A stretch of DNA of 64,000 nucleotides from Amoebidium appalachense (GCA_963693365.1 CAVNZM010000010.1:7317794-7381793); one strand, 5' to 3'. Shown: positions 36,183 through 50,885, counted from the first letter of the stretch. A program made the numbers and translations. The notes: generated by a model from the letters alone, not told the origin.

Positions 36183-37029
36183 ATCCCCACCCCCATCGGA
36201 TCCCACAAAACCATTTTGCAACTGCTACATAATAATATGCTCGCATCACCATCCCCTCTAGGCCTCCATACACAGCCCCCCCTACGCAACATAAAAACAC
36301 ACAAAACGAAGTTCGAGGAGGAACACCTCATGGCAAAAATCTCGCTGGGTTGGGGGGGGGGGAATGAATCACACTGTGTGCGCAACTGATTAACATGTGT
36401 AGTCTGCAGGGCAGGCTTACTCGTAGGCTTTGCACATCGTGTAGTTCTGTTTATGTTCAATGATTTTAAAGTTTATCTTATTTTAAATCCCGGCCACAGG
36501 CCATCGGTAATAGTCTACACACGCACAGCCATGTGTCTTGGAATTTTTGCCCGGCCCACCTATTCAGGAATATATTCCTATGGCCTATTCATACTGAAAA
36601 TACGAACTTCCAACCATGGCTGTGGTGTGGAGTGATACGGACAAACTGTGCTGGGCTCATACATTACAACATTATAAGTGAATACGGAACTTGCGTATCG
36701 CGAGTTCATAATAAATTCTGGGAATGTCCTTTTTCTGTGGTTATGTGTGTGTATCTAAAAGTGTGTGTGTGCAAGACAGCGCGGGTGCGCACGTGCAAGT
36801 ATCATGTGTACGCAATACGGGGTACCTGTGCAGCATGCGGAAAAAAGCTGGTCAGCGAATTTAAGTTTTGAGAGACTGCTAAGAATGCCTCCGGACCTAC
36901 TTGTTTTCACTATATCGGTCACGGATAGCCTCACCCTAAGCCTATACATTTCAATAGTATTTCAAATACTTGTAACGAACATATTATCCATTTGCCAAAG
37001 ACACCTGGAACCGCCCCCCTCCCTTCCCC

Positions 37030-37066
<37 letters not shown>

Positions 37067-37119
37067 AAAACAAAAACAAAAAAAAAAAACACGCCAAAAC
37101 GTCAAAAACCCCACACAAA

Positions 37120-38414
37120 TTACAACACCTGAACCCCCCCAGCCTGAGTGGGCATGGGAGCTTTTGTCTCCATCGACTTTTCCATTTTATCCGCCCCCTC
37201 CATCTCCTGCACCGACATCTCATGTTTCATCTCATTGGCCGTCGCCGTTGGCATAGCAACCGAGTCCACGTGCATGACGCTCCGTCCAGTACCTTCCATA
37301 GCCTTCTCCATACTATCGGCCATAACCATTTTCTCCACCGGGGCATCTGTAGCCTTTGCAGGGCTAATAGTCTCCAACTGTTTCATCATCATGGTCGCCG
37401 CCTCCTCCACCCCATTCATTGCCTCATGTAGCGCCACCAATGTAGCGTCTGCCGTCTGAACAGGAGCCGCCGTCATGGGGGGTTTCTCCATCGATTTCTC
37501 CATCACATCGGCATGCACCATATCGGCGGCGTCCATCATCTTGCTCATACTCGCCGATTCCGCGTGTTGAGTCATGGCCATATCCGATGTTTTGGTGGGG
37601 GCGAGGGTGTTAGTCATGGGCGGGTGTTCCATTGACTTCTCCATCATATCGGCGACATCCATCGGCTTGGCCATACTTGGTGCGTCGCTGTGAGCCATCA
37701 TGGTGGTGGCGGCCATGGGCATACCTGGTTTCTCCATGGAATGTTCCACCGCATCTGCCTTAACCATTGCGGAAAGATCCATGGCCCCGGGCTTGGCCAT
37801 AGCGTCAGTGTGCACCATAGGTGCCGCTGTAGGTGCCGGCATGGCCGAATCCGATTGGTGGGGCATCATTGACGAGGTAGGCACTGGCATTGGCTCGTGC
37901 ATCATCGACGACGTAGGCATTGGCTCGTGCATCATTGATGACGAAGTAGGCATCGGCTCGTGCATCATTGACGAAGTAGGCATTGGCTCGTGCATCATTG
38001 ACGATGAAGTGGGCATCATCTGGTGTTCCATCATCATCTGGTGCACCTCGTCCATGTATGGGCGGGGGATATTAATCATGGCCAAGGCCTTTGCCTGGGT
38101 GTCTGGCTCCATGCCGTGGGCCCTGAGGATGGCCTCAAACGACATGTCGTCCTCTGCCTGTGACATCTCCTTGGCTACGTCCTCCTGTACAGACACATGC
38201 AGTGTGTTAGGGTTGAAAGGGAAAGCAGTGGTCACCACGTTTGATAAAGTTCTCGCATGCCCTTTCCTCTCTATTGATGTTTTATTACACCTGAATAACG
38301 CAAAAGCGCGCACACGCAGCCGACCTCTCCTCCTCCCACCACCCAAACCACATTCCAAGAACCTCCTCCTCCCCCCCCCCCCCTCCCCCCGGTGGGCCCC
38401 TCCCCCCCCTTTCC

Positions 38415-38467
<53 letters not shown>

Positions 38468-40376
38468 GCATGGTCATCAGCTTCTGGTCGAACTTCTCCG
38501 TATCCATGATCATCTGCTCGACGTGCTTAGCCCCCATCATCTCTGTCTTCATCATGTGGTTGATGGCCGCCATGCCCTTCATGGGTTTACCCTCTGTCGG
38601 GTGCACCACTATGGTTTCCTGGTCGTCGGCCATGTTGTAGGGGGGCAGTGTCAGGTTGACAAATGGCATGGATACGTGCTCTTCCTCGGGGTAGCTGCAG
38701 AAAGTGGATGTTGTTAGTTGGTGGTGAATAAATAAAAAAGAGAATGCGGGTGATTTAGCATTTATGTGGTGTGTGTAAGTGTAACGTCAGTGTGTGTGTG
38801 TGTGTGTTAGTGTGCGCGCGCGTGTGTGTCGTTTCCTTCTCTTATATTCCCTTTCTACTTGCCCTTTGGGTCCCCCCCCCCCCCCCCCCTCCCACCCTCT
38901 CTGTGTGTGTCTTCTGGCACAGAGTGGGATGGTGGTGGTGGTTTTTTTTTTTTCTTTTTTCTTTTTTTTTTTTTTCGGGGGGGGGGGGGTACATACTCCA
39001 TGTGCATCTTCTCGAAGCCAGGGAGGACAAAGACGTTCTTAGGCACGTGCATGATCTTAGTGTTGGCCATGATGACGTCGGCAAGGCCCCACGTGCCATT
39101 GAGGATCGACTTCTTGAGATCGCACAGGCGCTGTGACTTGATGAACCCGGGCATGCACTGCATTTCAATCTGCAATGGAAAAGTGTCAATCGGCAGGCAC
39201 GTACGAAGGAATCATTGATGATGTTGATGCATTATTAACATGGTTGGTACGATAATGTTTGTTGTGGCACCAACCAATATTGTGTGTGCTGTCAGTGAAG
39301 TTAATAGCTTGGTATGAAGAAAAAGTCCTGGGGGAAAAGGGAGCGGCTAAAGTGAGGGGGTTTAAAGGATGATAGAGAACTGGCACAAGGTGGAGTAGAA
39401 TTCGGACGGGGGAAGGTTTGGGCCTGGGCCTGGGGCTGGGGGGGGGGGGGGGGGGGGGGTTTGAATGCGGAACACGGTACGAAGTACGCATACACGACGA
39501 GAAGCATGGTGCAGGACACATGCAAAGGCAAACATTCAAGTATGCAACATCAGCCATGTGCACAGTATGCGTCATAAGCAGAGCCCATCCTCAGGGAGGA
39601 CCCAAGTCATCAATTGCGTCTGAGTTTCGACCCCTTAGCCCGCGTATATAGGGGAGAGGGGGGTTGCACCGACCTCCTTGGGCAGCCTAAAGTGGTACCA
39701 CAGACGATCAGTCTTCTGCAAATTTCCAAACGCCATCTTGATAGCCTCCTTGATCATCGGCCCAACACTGGCCCCATCGGCATGATCCTCAGACAGCATC
39801 CCCACAAACGGATCGATATTGTCCAGTCGATTGTTGTAAAGTGCACGCAGTTTGCGGCGCAGATATGGATCGGCCGTCATCTGATCGAAGCGATCGATAA
39901 TGTCGCCGGTGAAAAGTGCACGGGCCATGCGGTAGTCGTAGAGAGCAAGGTCCCGGCCACGTTGGATGTTCACGGAGACAATGTCGAGTGACTCGGTGTA
40001 TCCACCACCCCAGGTGGTGTGGCCCCTGTGTGTGTGTGTGTGTTGGGGGAAGGGGGAGGGGGGGGGGGGGGGGGGAGAGAGAGAGAGAGAGAGGGAAGAC
40101 CGGCTAAACGTCAGAAACGGATCATGTTGGAAGGGTAAATATGAACAGACACCATCGAACACACACACGACATTATACAAACCTAACGTTTTTCTCCTGA
40201 CTTCCATTCTATTCCATCCTGCCTCCTTACAACAGAGGGGAGCGGGGAAGACAAATGCACATGTCGGTGTGTGTGTGTGTGTGGCAGCACGGGGGGGTGA
40301 GCGCGAGAGGATAGTCAGAGAAAGAGAGAGGGAGAGAAGGAATGAGAGGGAGAGGGAGAGAGAACGGTGTGTGTGT

Positions 40377-40407
<31 letters not shown>

Positions 40408-41210
40408 GGGAGAGAGAGAGAGAGAGAGATGGGGGAAGGGGGGGGGGGCGGCTCTCTACCTGAACAGATGGTTGCGCATGGCGTCGACAACCTTGTGGTC
40501 GATCCTTTCCATTGGCTGCTGCCACAAACCAATCAAAAACGGCTCAATCATGTTTCCGGTCTCGTTCATGTGCTGGTCGTAGCGGAAAAACATATCCGAC
40601 AGGTTTGCTGGGCCGGCCTTGTGCATGCGGTACTTCTTGTTTTGCTCGTCATAGTCCATGTAGTCATACCGGTCAAATCGGTTGCTGACCTGAGACATGC
40701 GGGAAAAGGGGTGTGAGAAGAAGATATATCTGGTGGGTGTGTGGGGGTGAGTGTGTTGGGGATGCGGTTGGGGGTGTTGGCAAGCGAGCTCTGGAGATGC
40801 CCGATTCAAAGGTGGATATGCAAAACATGAAAATCCCCCCCCCCCCCCCCCCTCCGCGCACTCGCTCTCTCCTACCGACTGATAGCTATGAACCATGGCA
40901 TGTGAGACACAAACCTGGATGATTAGCCAACCCATGGGGTAATCATTCTTCATTTTGCATTAGTTTACCCACACGGGTGCACCAGAAATCTCATGCAGGG
41001 CCTCACCATGCTATGGCCCATGCGGAAGACGGAGCCAGCAAACAGACGGGGCACACCGGGGGCAGTCATGTTGTCATAGGGAGCCTCCTTCATGCGCACA
41101 CCGAGTAGTGCTGGCAGCCAGTCCTCCCACGTGATTTTTTGGATCTCGCTCTCGACAATCACACGGGCAATGTTAAATTGCTCCTCTACGTCCATGGTGA
41201 CGTGGTCCTG

Positions 41211-41246
<36 letters not shown>

Positions 41247-42138
41247 CAGACACATACACCATGCGGCATGGGTTAGGAGATCCACAGTTATCCAAGGTAT
41301 ATCCTGCATGTGGACAAAATGGAGAGAAACAACCACATCAACATCTATAGCGGCATGTGAGTATATGTGTAAGTGTTTTAAAGAGAGGAGGTTGAAAAGC
41401 AAAAGTGAGTATGTGACAATCCAAGCACACCTACCTCGTTCATAATGTCGATCAATCGGTTGTGCTCACGTGCAAACAGTGTCTGCAGGGAGCTGAGGCC
41501 GGGCTGTGTGTCTGCACGGTTGTCGCCTGCAATGGGCTGCCGGATCATGCTGTAGCGCAGCAGCCCGGTGTCGGACAGATTGAGTTTGGCCGTGCCGGAA
41601 ACAAGAAGCTGTGCTTGCCAGTCTGAAAATGAAATAAAATGTGTCAGTGAGGGCAGGAAGCAGAATATGGTGGATGGAATTTTTAGAAACAGATGGAGTG
41701 TAAGGGTTGATAAATTATTTTACCCGACTGTGATGAGGCGGTGAACGGAGGGTGGGAACGACTGATAACAGCTCCAACCTTGTGCCTCCATTGATTACTT
41801 CATGCTCGTTCAATCTCTCCTCTTCCTATTTTTTCATAGGCCAGACAATACCTTTTAGTTTGACTTGAACATTAACTGGGTTGGGTTTGGGTTTGAATTG
41901 TATGGAAGGGGGGGGGGGGGGGGGGGGGGGGGTGGAAGAGAGAATAAGGGAGAGGGGAAGGGGTGGGGGGAGGGGGGAAACTGGACACAACTGGACAAAG
42001 CTCACGCTCCCCCCCCCCCCCCCCCCTTCTCCACCCCTCTCTGCATTTAATGATCCTTCCCAATTATCTAATATCTATTTTGGGAGATTCTCGGGTGTTT
42101 GGATGGTTCTTTCCTCGGGGGGGGGGGGGGGGGGGGGG

Positions 42139-42183
<45 letters not shown>

Positions 42184-42597
42184 GGTGCAAGAGGGGAGAG
42201 GGTGGGTGGGTGGGTGGATGGGTGGGGGGGAGACCAACCTTCATCTGAGCCGTAGACCATGGATGCATCAAGGAAGTGGGTGATGTTGTTGAAGACGGTG
42301 TTGTTGTGCCATCCCTCACACCGGGTGAAAGCCATCTTGAGCCCCCCCGGCATTTTGTTTTGGAATTCCAGTGATTCCACAATGGGGATGTCAGCACGGG
42401 TTTTCTCGAGGTTGAGTGTTTCTGTCAAGTCTGCGAATATGGATTGAGGGTCAAGCCGTATGCCTTTCACTCAACGGAGGAATACAAGGTGCCGAGGTGC
42501 CCCTAACACACACCCGTGGACTTCAACAGGTTACATATTGTGTATTCACAATGCGTTTAACACAACCATATTTGATGAATACCTACCTACCTACCTA

Positions 42598-42628
<31 letters not shown>

Positions 42629-44651
42629 AACAAAAACAAAAAAACAAACAAACAAACAAACAGGAAAACACATACTGAAGGCTACATTGTCGGCGGAGAG
42701 CAAACGGTGCCAGAGGTGAGATAAGAAAGATAGCAAAGAGAGGTGCATGTGTAATGTCGAAGACAAGCACAGCGGGTAAATACGGTGATACGACATTCTA
42801 CTCGAATTATAGCATCCAGTAAGAATCATTCAGTGACCATCACATCCTTATACATGCCACTTGATCTTTCTTATGGTTCCTGTTTGACTTCCCACTTTCC
42901 CAGATCCAGCAGACACATAAATATTTCACATACCGTGGTCGATAAACTGGCCCCATTGCATGACCATGTGACTGAGACCACGTGGGTCGGGGATATCCTC
43001 CGGGCCGTGGTCGAAGATAACGTTACTGATGAGCCGCGGGTTGGGCCGGCCACTCATAAAGGTGTTTTCAAGCATGTTCCGGTCCAATCCGCCGTGCGGG
43101 AGGTACTCCATGCCCTGGGAGCCCATCTGCGGGTCGTACATGTTGTTGCAGTGGCCTGTGCAGTGGCTTGTTAGAAACATACAGAAGGAAGGTAAAGATT
43201 CAGGTTATTTTCGGTTACTTAATGCATTGCAGGTGCAGCTTCCCCTTCGCCCCCTCCTCTCCCGCGTGTGCACACACGTACAGAGCTTGTCAAAAAATGA
43301 AAAACAAAAAATAAATAACATAAATAATAAAGAAAAGAAAAGAAAAAGGAAAAATTACTTAAGAAAGCGAAAGAAAATACAAAGAGTCCAGAATACATGT
43401 CGAAAAAAGGAAAGGAAACCGGACCCTGCCGTAGAGAAGAGCCCGAGACTCAGAAGGTGAACTTCATGAGGCCTTGCTGTGCAATTATAGTACCGTCAAA
43501 AAAAAAAAACACCATACGCGAGGGAAGTGATAGACAATCACGGCCCCGACGTGATTGCCCGCAGGAGCAGTGATTTAGGGGTGATGTGAGCAAAAGAGAA
43601 GTTGGAAAATCCCGACTCGTACAAGAACGCAAGGGAAGTGATAGACAATCATGACCTCAATTTTAATCATGACCCCCGATGTGAAAGCACGCAGGAGCGG
43701 TGGTTTAGGTGTGATGTGAGCAACAGAGATGTTGGAAAAACCGGCTCGTACATAGATAAAAAAGGGGCAGGTGCGTTGGAGCCAAGTTTTGATAGATTGT
43801 GCAAGTGCAGCTATGCGCTTTGCTAGCGTAAAGGCCGAGTGGACAGTATTTTTTTGCAAGTATGTGGTACGTATGCGTCCGTGCATGCACACACATTCGC
43901 ATACAAGTGTGAGCCTACAAGGTGTTGAATAATCTGTACGTTACAAGCAAACGAAAGCTCCTCTGCAGTTTGCACGCAAGTGTTGTATGCGAGTTTGCCA
44001 ATGCAGGAAATCGTTCAAAACCGGTAGTCGACATACAAGCAACAAATCTGCTACTTGTTACACCAGCTTCCGTTTGCCAACACCGCCATATTTACGTTAA
44101 GTATGATACCCAGTCGGCATGCCAATGGCTATGGTAGTGCACAATCCACATAAGAAATTGCGCTATAAGTTTGCAGAGGATGGCAAAATCTGATGTGATG
44201 CGTGCAGAGATGTGCTCTAAAAATAATCCAGCACCAGAAATATTTTGGATAATTGTGATAGCCACGAACCCTTAGGTAGCAGCGGCAAAGCTTGCACATA
44301 TTTATATGCATATTCTCCATATCTATAGCAACTGTCGTGATCGAGCCCTATCAGAAATCACTAGTGGATGACGCACACAAAGCATCATAACGCCGACAAG
44401 AGGCAACCCATCGTGGAGGCTTTCTCAAAAGGATCGTATTACGGATTGATTTTATCAAGCATACACTAAAGCTCTTTCGAGATGTAGCGTCGTGTGTCAA
44501 CATCTACATACATGTGTACATTCCTGTGGAGCAACTTGGCGTTACGACACTGACCTGAGGGTGGGCGGAAGCGGCTGGCAAACGGGCACATGGCTTGTGC
44601 GGATGCTGCAAGGCAGGCCACTAGGGCCGCTTGGCTGTATGTCAGCCACAT
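37120..44651 (-). CDS. Secreted animal-type heme peroxidase (peroxidase-cyclooxygenase superfamily) with a Met-rich C-terminal tail
   Basis: Exons with GT-AG borders: 44651-44555 (signal-peptide-like MWLTYSQAALVACLAASAQA), possibly unresolved exon(s), 43155-42934 (GHCNN...PNPRLISN...WGQFIDH), 42430-42239 (DLTET...THFLDASMVYGS), 41622-41435 (GDNRA...PGL...LFAREHNR), 41207-41007 (QKITWEDWLPALLG...FRMGHSM), 40689-40460, 40025-39674 (NIQRGRD...IDPFVGMLSE...DRLWY), 39169-38997, 38694-38466, 38184-37120. Confidence 0.92.
43517..43752. repeat. Diverged ~110-125-bp tandem duplication in a peroxidase intron
   Basis: AGGGAAGTGATAGACAATCA...GCAGGAGC..TTTAGG.GTGATGTGAGCAA.AGAGA.GTTGGAAAA..CC.G.CTCGTACA present twice. 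Confidence 0.8.
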
Positions 44652-46832
44652 TCTCACTTAAGGCTGCAAGGTGGCTTCTTTTAAGTGCTACACTAATGGT
44701 CCTTGTGGTTGGGCCACAGAAACGGAAGGAAGGACGATGGAGGTGTACGTGGTGGTGTGTTACAGTTGGGTCACAAGTTGAATAATCAGTATCAGGATTT
44801 TAGGGTTGATTGGCACTAATAAAAGTATTAGCTCGTTACTTGTGCATGCTGCCACATTCCGTCTCTCTCTCTATTGTGCAAAGCTAGAGCCCATCCTAAG
44901 GCTCTGCTTTCGTCCTTGTTTCACTGGGTGAAGAACTGACAACGGGGGCGACTCAATAAGTGGAACTGCCGAGCCTGCCTGTGTGTGGCAAAGGGGACAG
45001 CAAATCAAAAGAAGTCAACACAGGGCATAAATACAAAAACAGATATAGCATTGGTTGACAAAGGTTTATCTTTTTAAAAAACCAAGATTGAAATATATTG
45101 TCATGAAACATTCTGCCATGGTTTATCGGGTTTCAGGGCTGTGGAATGTTTACGCTCTATTTATGTATGTGACTTTCCTCCAATAGTCAAGCACCCTTTT
45201 GGCCAGCTAAAAAGGCTCGAGTAGCCAAACAGGCAATGAGCCAGCTAACGCTACTTTAAAAGCGGTTATTTAGGTTTAAAGGAGTATCTTACTATACTAA
45301 GCTACAAACTAGTTCAAAAATAAAGCCCCTGCATCAGCGAAATGCATGCCAGATTTTTCTAACAAAGAACTCTGGACCAATCGTTGAAAAAATGTTGAAT
45401 ATTCAATAAAAATTCCATGATGTCTGGCGTTGCGGTTTTGAAACTCACAAGGAAGATGGGTATGCGGAGGGTCAAGAAGTTGGTAGAAATGCACTCCATG
45501 GTTAAGACGCAGCAGGCAAAAAGAGAATGATAAATGGCTTAACTTATAATTCTTTCTTTCCCCAGATTCGTAGGTGCCAATTCGCAAAACTCTAAACACC
45601 TGTCTCGTGAATTCAAGAAGCATCGAGATCACAGCCTTCCAAACCCCGTGTTCACCTCGCTCAAGTCTAAAACGGTTCCTCGATAATATAAAGCGTAAAA
45701 TTTCTGTCTGATAACGGAGGAGGGCCAATCACAACGATTATGGTTGGATCTGATCTGTGCAATCCAATCAAAATCGCGCAGAAGCGTTACCAGAATTTCT
45801 TAAATCATACCGGTCAAAAGTATTGGTAGAATGGATATTTCAACGTTGATCACAAAATATGGGGCTGTAACCAGGAAAAAGACTTATAATGGGGGCGATA
45901 ATCCCCTGCATTCATGAACTTTCAATGGAAAACCCAAATTCATAGAAACGTTCCCAATTAGACGCCCGAGGTAGAGCTTTGGTGCCCAACAACCTTCACT
46001 CCAAAACAAAAAGTTTGTAGCAAACGGAAACGGTGCGTCGTGGGTTTTTCTTTTTTTATAAGAGGGCTCGAGTGTGAGGCCGAAATAGCCCTTTGGAGGG
46101 TGTGGATAACAGAAAAAACCTCGTTTCTCCTTCACCTCTCTTCGAGGTAGTTATCGGGTACGGCACTTTTCCTTCCCCTTGTTATTTTATGGGCTCTGTA
46201 GTTGTTAGTATCAGCAAGCTGAGAAATGATAACTGGTGAAGCAACCGCAAGAACAGGATGATGTAGGCATAATAATAGGGTGGGGAAATTACAGACATTA
46301 ACATGTAAATGGTACGAGAGAGTCAGGCGCTCAAGTGTAATACAAGTTCCAGAGCAGTAACAGGACGATCCTTCTAGTTTCAAGTCTGGACGCACAGAGC
46401 TTGCTGTTAATCCCGACTAAAAATAAGCCAGTCGGAATTATCAGCGAGTTTTCCTTTTGGCGCATCTTCGTAGCATCAAGGCAGCAGAATAAGACTCCTG
46501 GAATAACGCATAGCCCGAGAGTTCAGCGTTTTGTGACTTGGGTGTACGGGTAGCTAATGCCATCGTTTCAGAGGGTTTGTCAACTTTTGTCACGAACCTC
46601 ATCAGGGGTTTTGTGCTTTGATAATAGGCGAACTCACGTTATTTTACCTGTAGATACGAGAAATAACACGTTCTCTGTTCACGTGTAGTTGTGCTACATG
46701 GTGTCACGGTCGTTACGATGCTGTGTCTTATTATTTTCGGTTTGCACGGACTGATGTAGGTGTTAGAGTTTACAGCAGTTGTACATTTTGTGTGTGCTCA
46801 CTGTGCTAACTAAAGGATACACACAGTCAAAA

Positions 46833-49110
46833 ATGGCGGACGACCGCATTGCGCAGCTGAAAAAAGAGGCTGAAGACCTTAAGGTGAAGATCAAGGCCGA
46901 GAGGGATTCGAAGAAAGACACCTCCCTAACACAGTTCTGCAGCGGTATGGCTCCCCGCCTTTTTTTGCTCTTCCGTTTTTCTTTTAGAACACATCTCAAC
47001 CTGTTCACTTCCCCCCTCCTCGTCCCCTCCCGTCTTGGCAGTTGTGTTTTTAGTCGAGCCCTTGCATTATTTTCTATATCGAGAACGAGTTCATCGTCTG
47101 GTTGCCTTCTGGGTTCAACAGCCTTATCCTCGAGGTTTGGGTTCAGTATGTTGGATTTACTTGTTTCTCACTTTAGTATGCATGTTCTTCAGATGTTGCC
47201 GAGGTACCAAGAGTCCAGCTCCGAGTGCGCAGAAATCTGCGTGGTCACTTGGCCAAAATTTATGCCATGCACTGGTCGACGGATAACAAGTGAGTATTTC
47301 TCTCCACTGTGTGGGCTTTCTGCTTGGTGTTTATCCTAGCCCATATACCATGTACACTCCGGTGCTCACGCGTGGTAATGTGCCAAAAGGGCAAGGCTAG
47401 TTAGTGCTGGCTGACAGACCGTATTCCAAGGGGTGTACCAACTGTGTCCTAGCGAGGAAAGGGCTGAGCTGAGATGAATGAAGAGTCAAGTCTGAGCGCT
47501 TAAGAAGAAATATTGGTGTTGTGTTCATCAGCAAGTGTGCATACCGAACACCCCTTGCTTGGCCTCTTTAGGGTCTTAGCCTTTATTTGACCTTTATTGT
47601 AGTAGTTGACGAGGGAGCAAGTTGTTGCTAAATCCTCCATAGAAATACCCACCCCTTGAAACATGCACACATTCTCATCAGATCGTTTCAGAAACCGTTA
47701 CCATCACTATGATCATGGTAACCATGCATGCACACACGCACATACTTGCATGCAAACACACAGACACGCGCGCATACACATCGAGATACACACACGGGGA
47801 CACACACACAGTTAGATGCCACACAGAGACACCCAAAAGACACTCCCTTCTCCGTGGGTCGAGACTCGGGCACTGTCGTTGTTTTAGGCACCACCTGATG
47901 ATGGGCCCTGCTTATGATGTATTCTTTTTATGCGTGCTTTGCAGTTTGCACTGTGTTTCGTCGTAAATGCGCACTTCTTACCCTTAAACACATTCTAACC
48001 TCCCCCTCCCCCTCCCCCCTCCCCCCTCCCCTGTTCCACACCCACCAACATCCACACACCAGACATCTCGTGAGTGCATCGCAGGACGGCAAGCTAATCG
48101 TATGGGATGCAATTTCAACAAACAAAGTTCATGCAATTCCCCTTCGTTCGTCCTGGGTGATGACCTGTGCATATGCGCCCTCGGGTAATTTTGTTGCCTG
48201 CGGTGGTCTCGACAATATCTGCTCCATCTACAATCTTCGGACGAGGGAGGGTGCTGTGCGAGTAAGCCGAGAGCTGGCAGCCCATACAGGTACTTCTTTG
48301 GACCGAGTCCTTTTTCTATGATTGCTAGATAGGCCCATATCAATGATGTCTAGATGTTTGTTCTCAGCTCTTAAGTTCTATATGCCAAGCGGAATGAAGG
48401 CCAATCTGACTATGCCACAAGCGTTGTTTGTAGGAAGTGCAGTGTTGCCTTTTTGCGTCGTACACTCCCTCATCAACTATGTGTTTCACACACTTAACCT
48501 TTGCTCTGCAGGATACCTCTCGTGCTGTCGGTTTTTGAGCGACAAAGAAATCGTCACCAGCTCTGGTGACATGACGTGTGCGCTGTGGGACATCGAGACG
48601 GGGCAGCTGAAGACACAGTTCCAAGGCCACACAGGGGATGTCATGTCTCTGTCCTTGGCGTCGGACCAAAACACATTCGTTTCCGGTAAGTGGAGTGTTT
48701 GGTGTTATGATTTATTTGTTGTGCATGTGCAATAATGGCTTGTCTGTTTGCTAGACATAAGCATTAGTTTGCTTTTGCTTTGGCTGGTCGGATCCATGTC
48801 AATGGAGCTAAAATGAATCCGCAGTGAACCCTAGAGTATATGTTTTTTGGGAAGAGAAGGGGGAGGGGGGGGGGGGGGGGAGGGGGGGGGGGGGGCCTGG
48901 ATGTTTGGTTATTTCTTGGCCCGTTAGTTTTGTGATGGGTGATGGCTGGACTCCTCTTATAATGCATTCTGTCCTTCTGTGCTCCTTTTGCAACACTTGC
49001 TATGTCCCCAGGAGAAGGAAGGAAAGTGATAAGAGATAGGTCAGAGAAAGCAAGAGTGAACTTATAGAACGTTGCACCGTTTTCCTTTCCCATATCCCTG
49101 TCGTTTGTGG

Positions 49111-49149
<39 letters not shown>

Positions 49150-49263
49150 GTTTTCTAACCACGTTCTTCTTTGTACCTCTATAGCTTAGTGTTCTGTGGT
49201 CGCTATGTAACTCGCAACTCATTACGACTTGCACACACATATTCGTCTTTATGTAACCCCCCC

Positions 49264-49294
<31 letters not shown>

Positions 49295-49424
49295 ACCTCC
49301 CCCCCCCCTCCCCCATCGCTCGGCGCAAGGATAGTCTTCACTTATGCTGCATACTCCTTGTGTGCTCTGCTTTCCTTATTCACCTTTTGCCCGCTGGGAG
49401 TCGGGAATTCGTACTGTGTGCCAT

Positions 49425-49458
<34 letters not shown>

Positions 49459-49539
49459 CAAACCTCTCTCTCCGCTCCACTAAAGGGCACCCTTTCGCAA
49501 TCTGCGTTGTGGTGTCTGGTCGTGCCGCTGTGTATTCTA

Positions 49540-49578
<39 letters not shown>

Positions 49579-50159
49579 GTGGAGGCATAGGAGCCCCCCT
49601 GATGATGGGCTCTGTTCAAGTGTCTTCTGCCTGCACGCTTAAATTGTTCGATTTTGGATTTCCCCACTTTTGTGGCGTTTTGTTGTTGCTCTTTGTTGTC
49701 TCCTCCATATTTCCAACCCTCTAACACATACATCACCCCCCCCCCCCCCCCCCCCCCTCTCCCCCCCCTCCCCCCCCCCCCCCCCCACACACACACACCA
49801 CCCACGTATGCACACACACACACACAGTACTGTTGTGAGTATGGTGACTTTGTTGCTCGTGCTCTTTCATGCATTCCAAAGTACCCCCCCCTCCCCCCGC
49901 CCTCCTTTCTCTTTCCCCGCCTTTCTAACCACCTTCGCTTTTGTTGCATGCCATACTGCACTTACCCCCAAGTGTTCCCTTTTGCCTGTCCCCATACGTT
50001 GTCTGTTGTGAATTCTTGGATGATGCTGTGAACCGAGTTCCCCCCCCCCCCCAAAAAAAACCACACCCACACACCCACACACCCCCTTCTGGAGAATGGG
50101 CTTTTCTCATGACACTGTGTCGTTTCCCAATGTCTACTTGGTGCTTCAAAAGACATCCT

Positions 50160-50190
<31 letters not shown>

Positions 50191-50843
50191 TTCACCCAGT
50201 GGTCTCGCGTTTAAATTCAAACGACGAGGATGTCGTTTTTGGCTGTTGGCGTGTAGTAATGAAAATCAAAGGATGTGGGGCCTAACACACTGGGCCGTGC
50301 AGGTGCATGCGATGCGCAAGCCAAGCGCTGGGACATGCGCACGGGCAAGTGCATCCAGACGTTCACGGGCCACGAGTCGGACATCAACGCCATCCTGCAC
50401 TTCCCCGATTCAAACGCTTTTGCCACGGGCTCCGACGACGCCTCGTGCCGGCTGTTTGACATCCGGGCAGACTGTGAGATGAACGTCTACACACACGACA
50501 GCATTCTGTGCGGCATCACCTCCGTGGGCTTCTCCAAATCCGGCCGCCTGCTCTTTGCCGGGTGCGTGTCCCGTTTGTCCTGTGTGTGCACGTTGTCGTT
50601 TTTGTGCAGTGTGTGAACATCAGTTGCCAACTGGCCCTGCCCTTGCCAGAGTCACTGTTGTGCCTAACTCACTTTCACAAGACAACATGACTTCTTTTCG
50701 TTTCACTGTCCTCTTTTTTCCATTTTTATTGTCCACATATGCATTTAGACACTGCACTATAGCAGATCAAGATATCCCCCCTGTGACGTTTTTTGGTTAC
50801 CATTTGTTGTCTCCTCCATATTTCCAACCCTCTAACGCATACA

Positions 50844-50885
<42 letters not shown>

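Noticed and set aside
37148-38509. Plus-strand ORFs (103 aa and 269 aa)
   Set aside because: Antisense shadows of the Met-rich peroxidase exon.
45309-45728. 139-aa ORF between the peroxidase and G-beta genes
   Set aside because: Non-ATG start, no recognisable motif or splice support; probably chance in the divergent promoter region.
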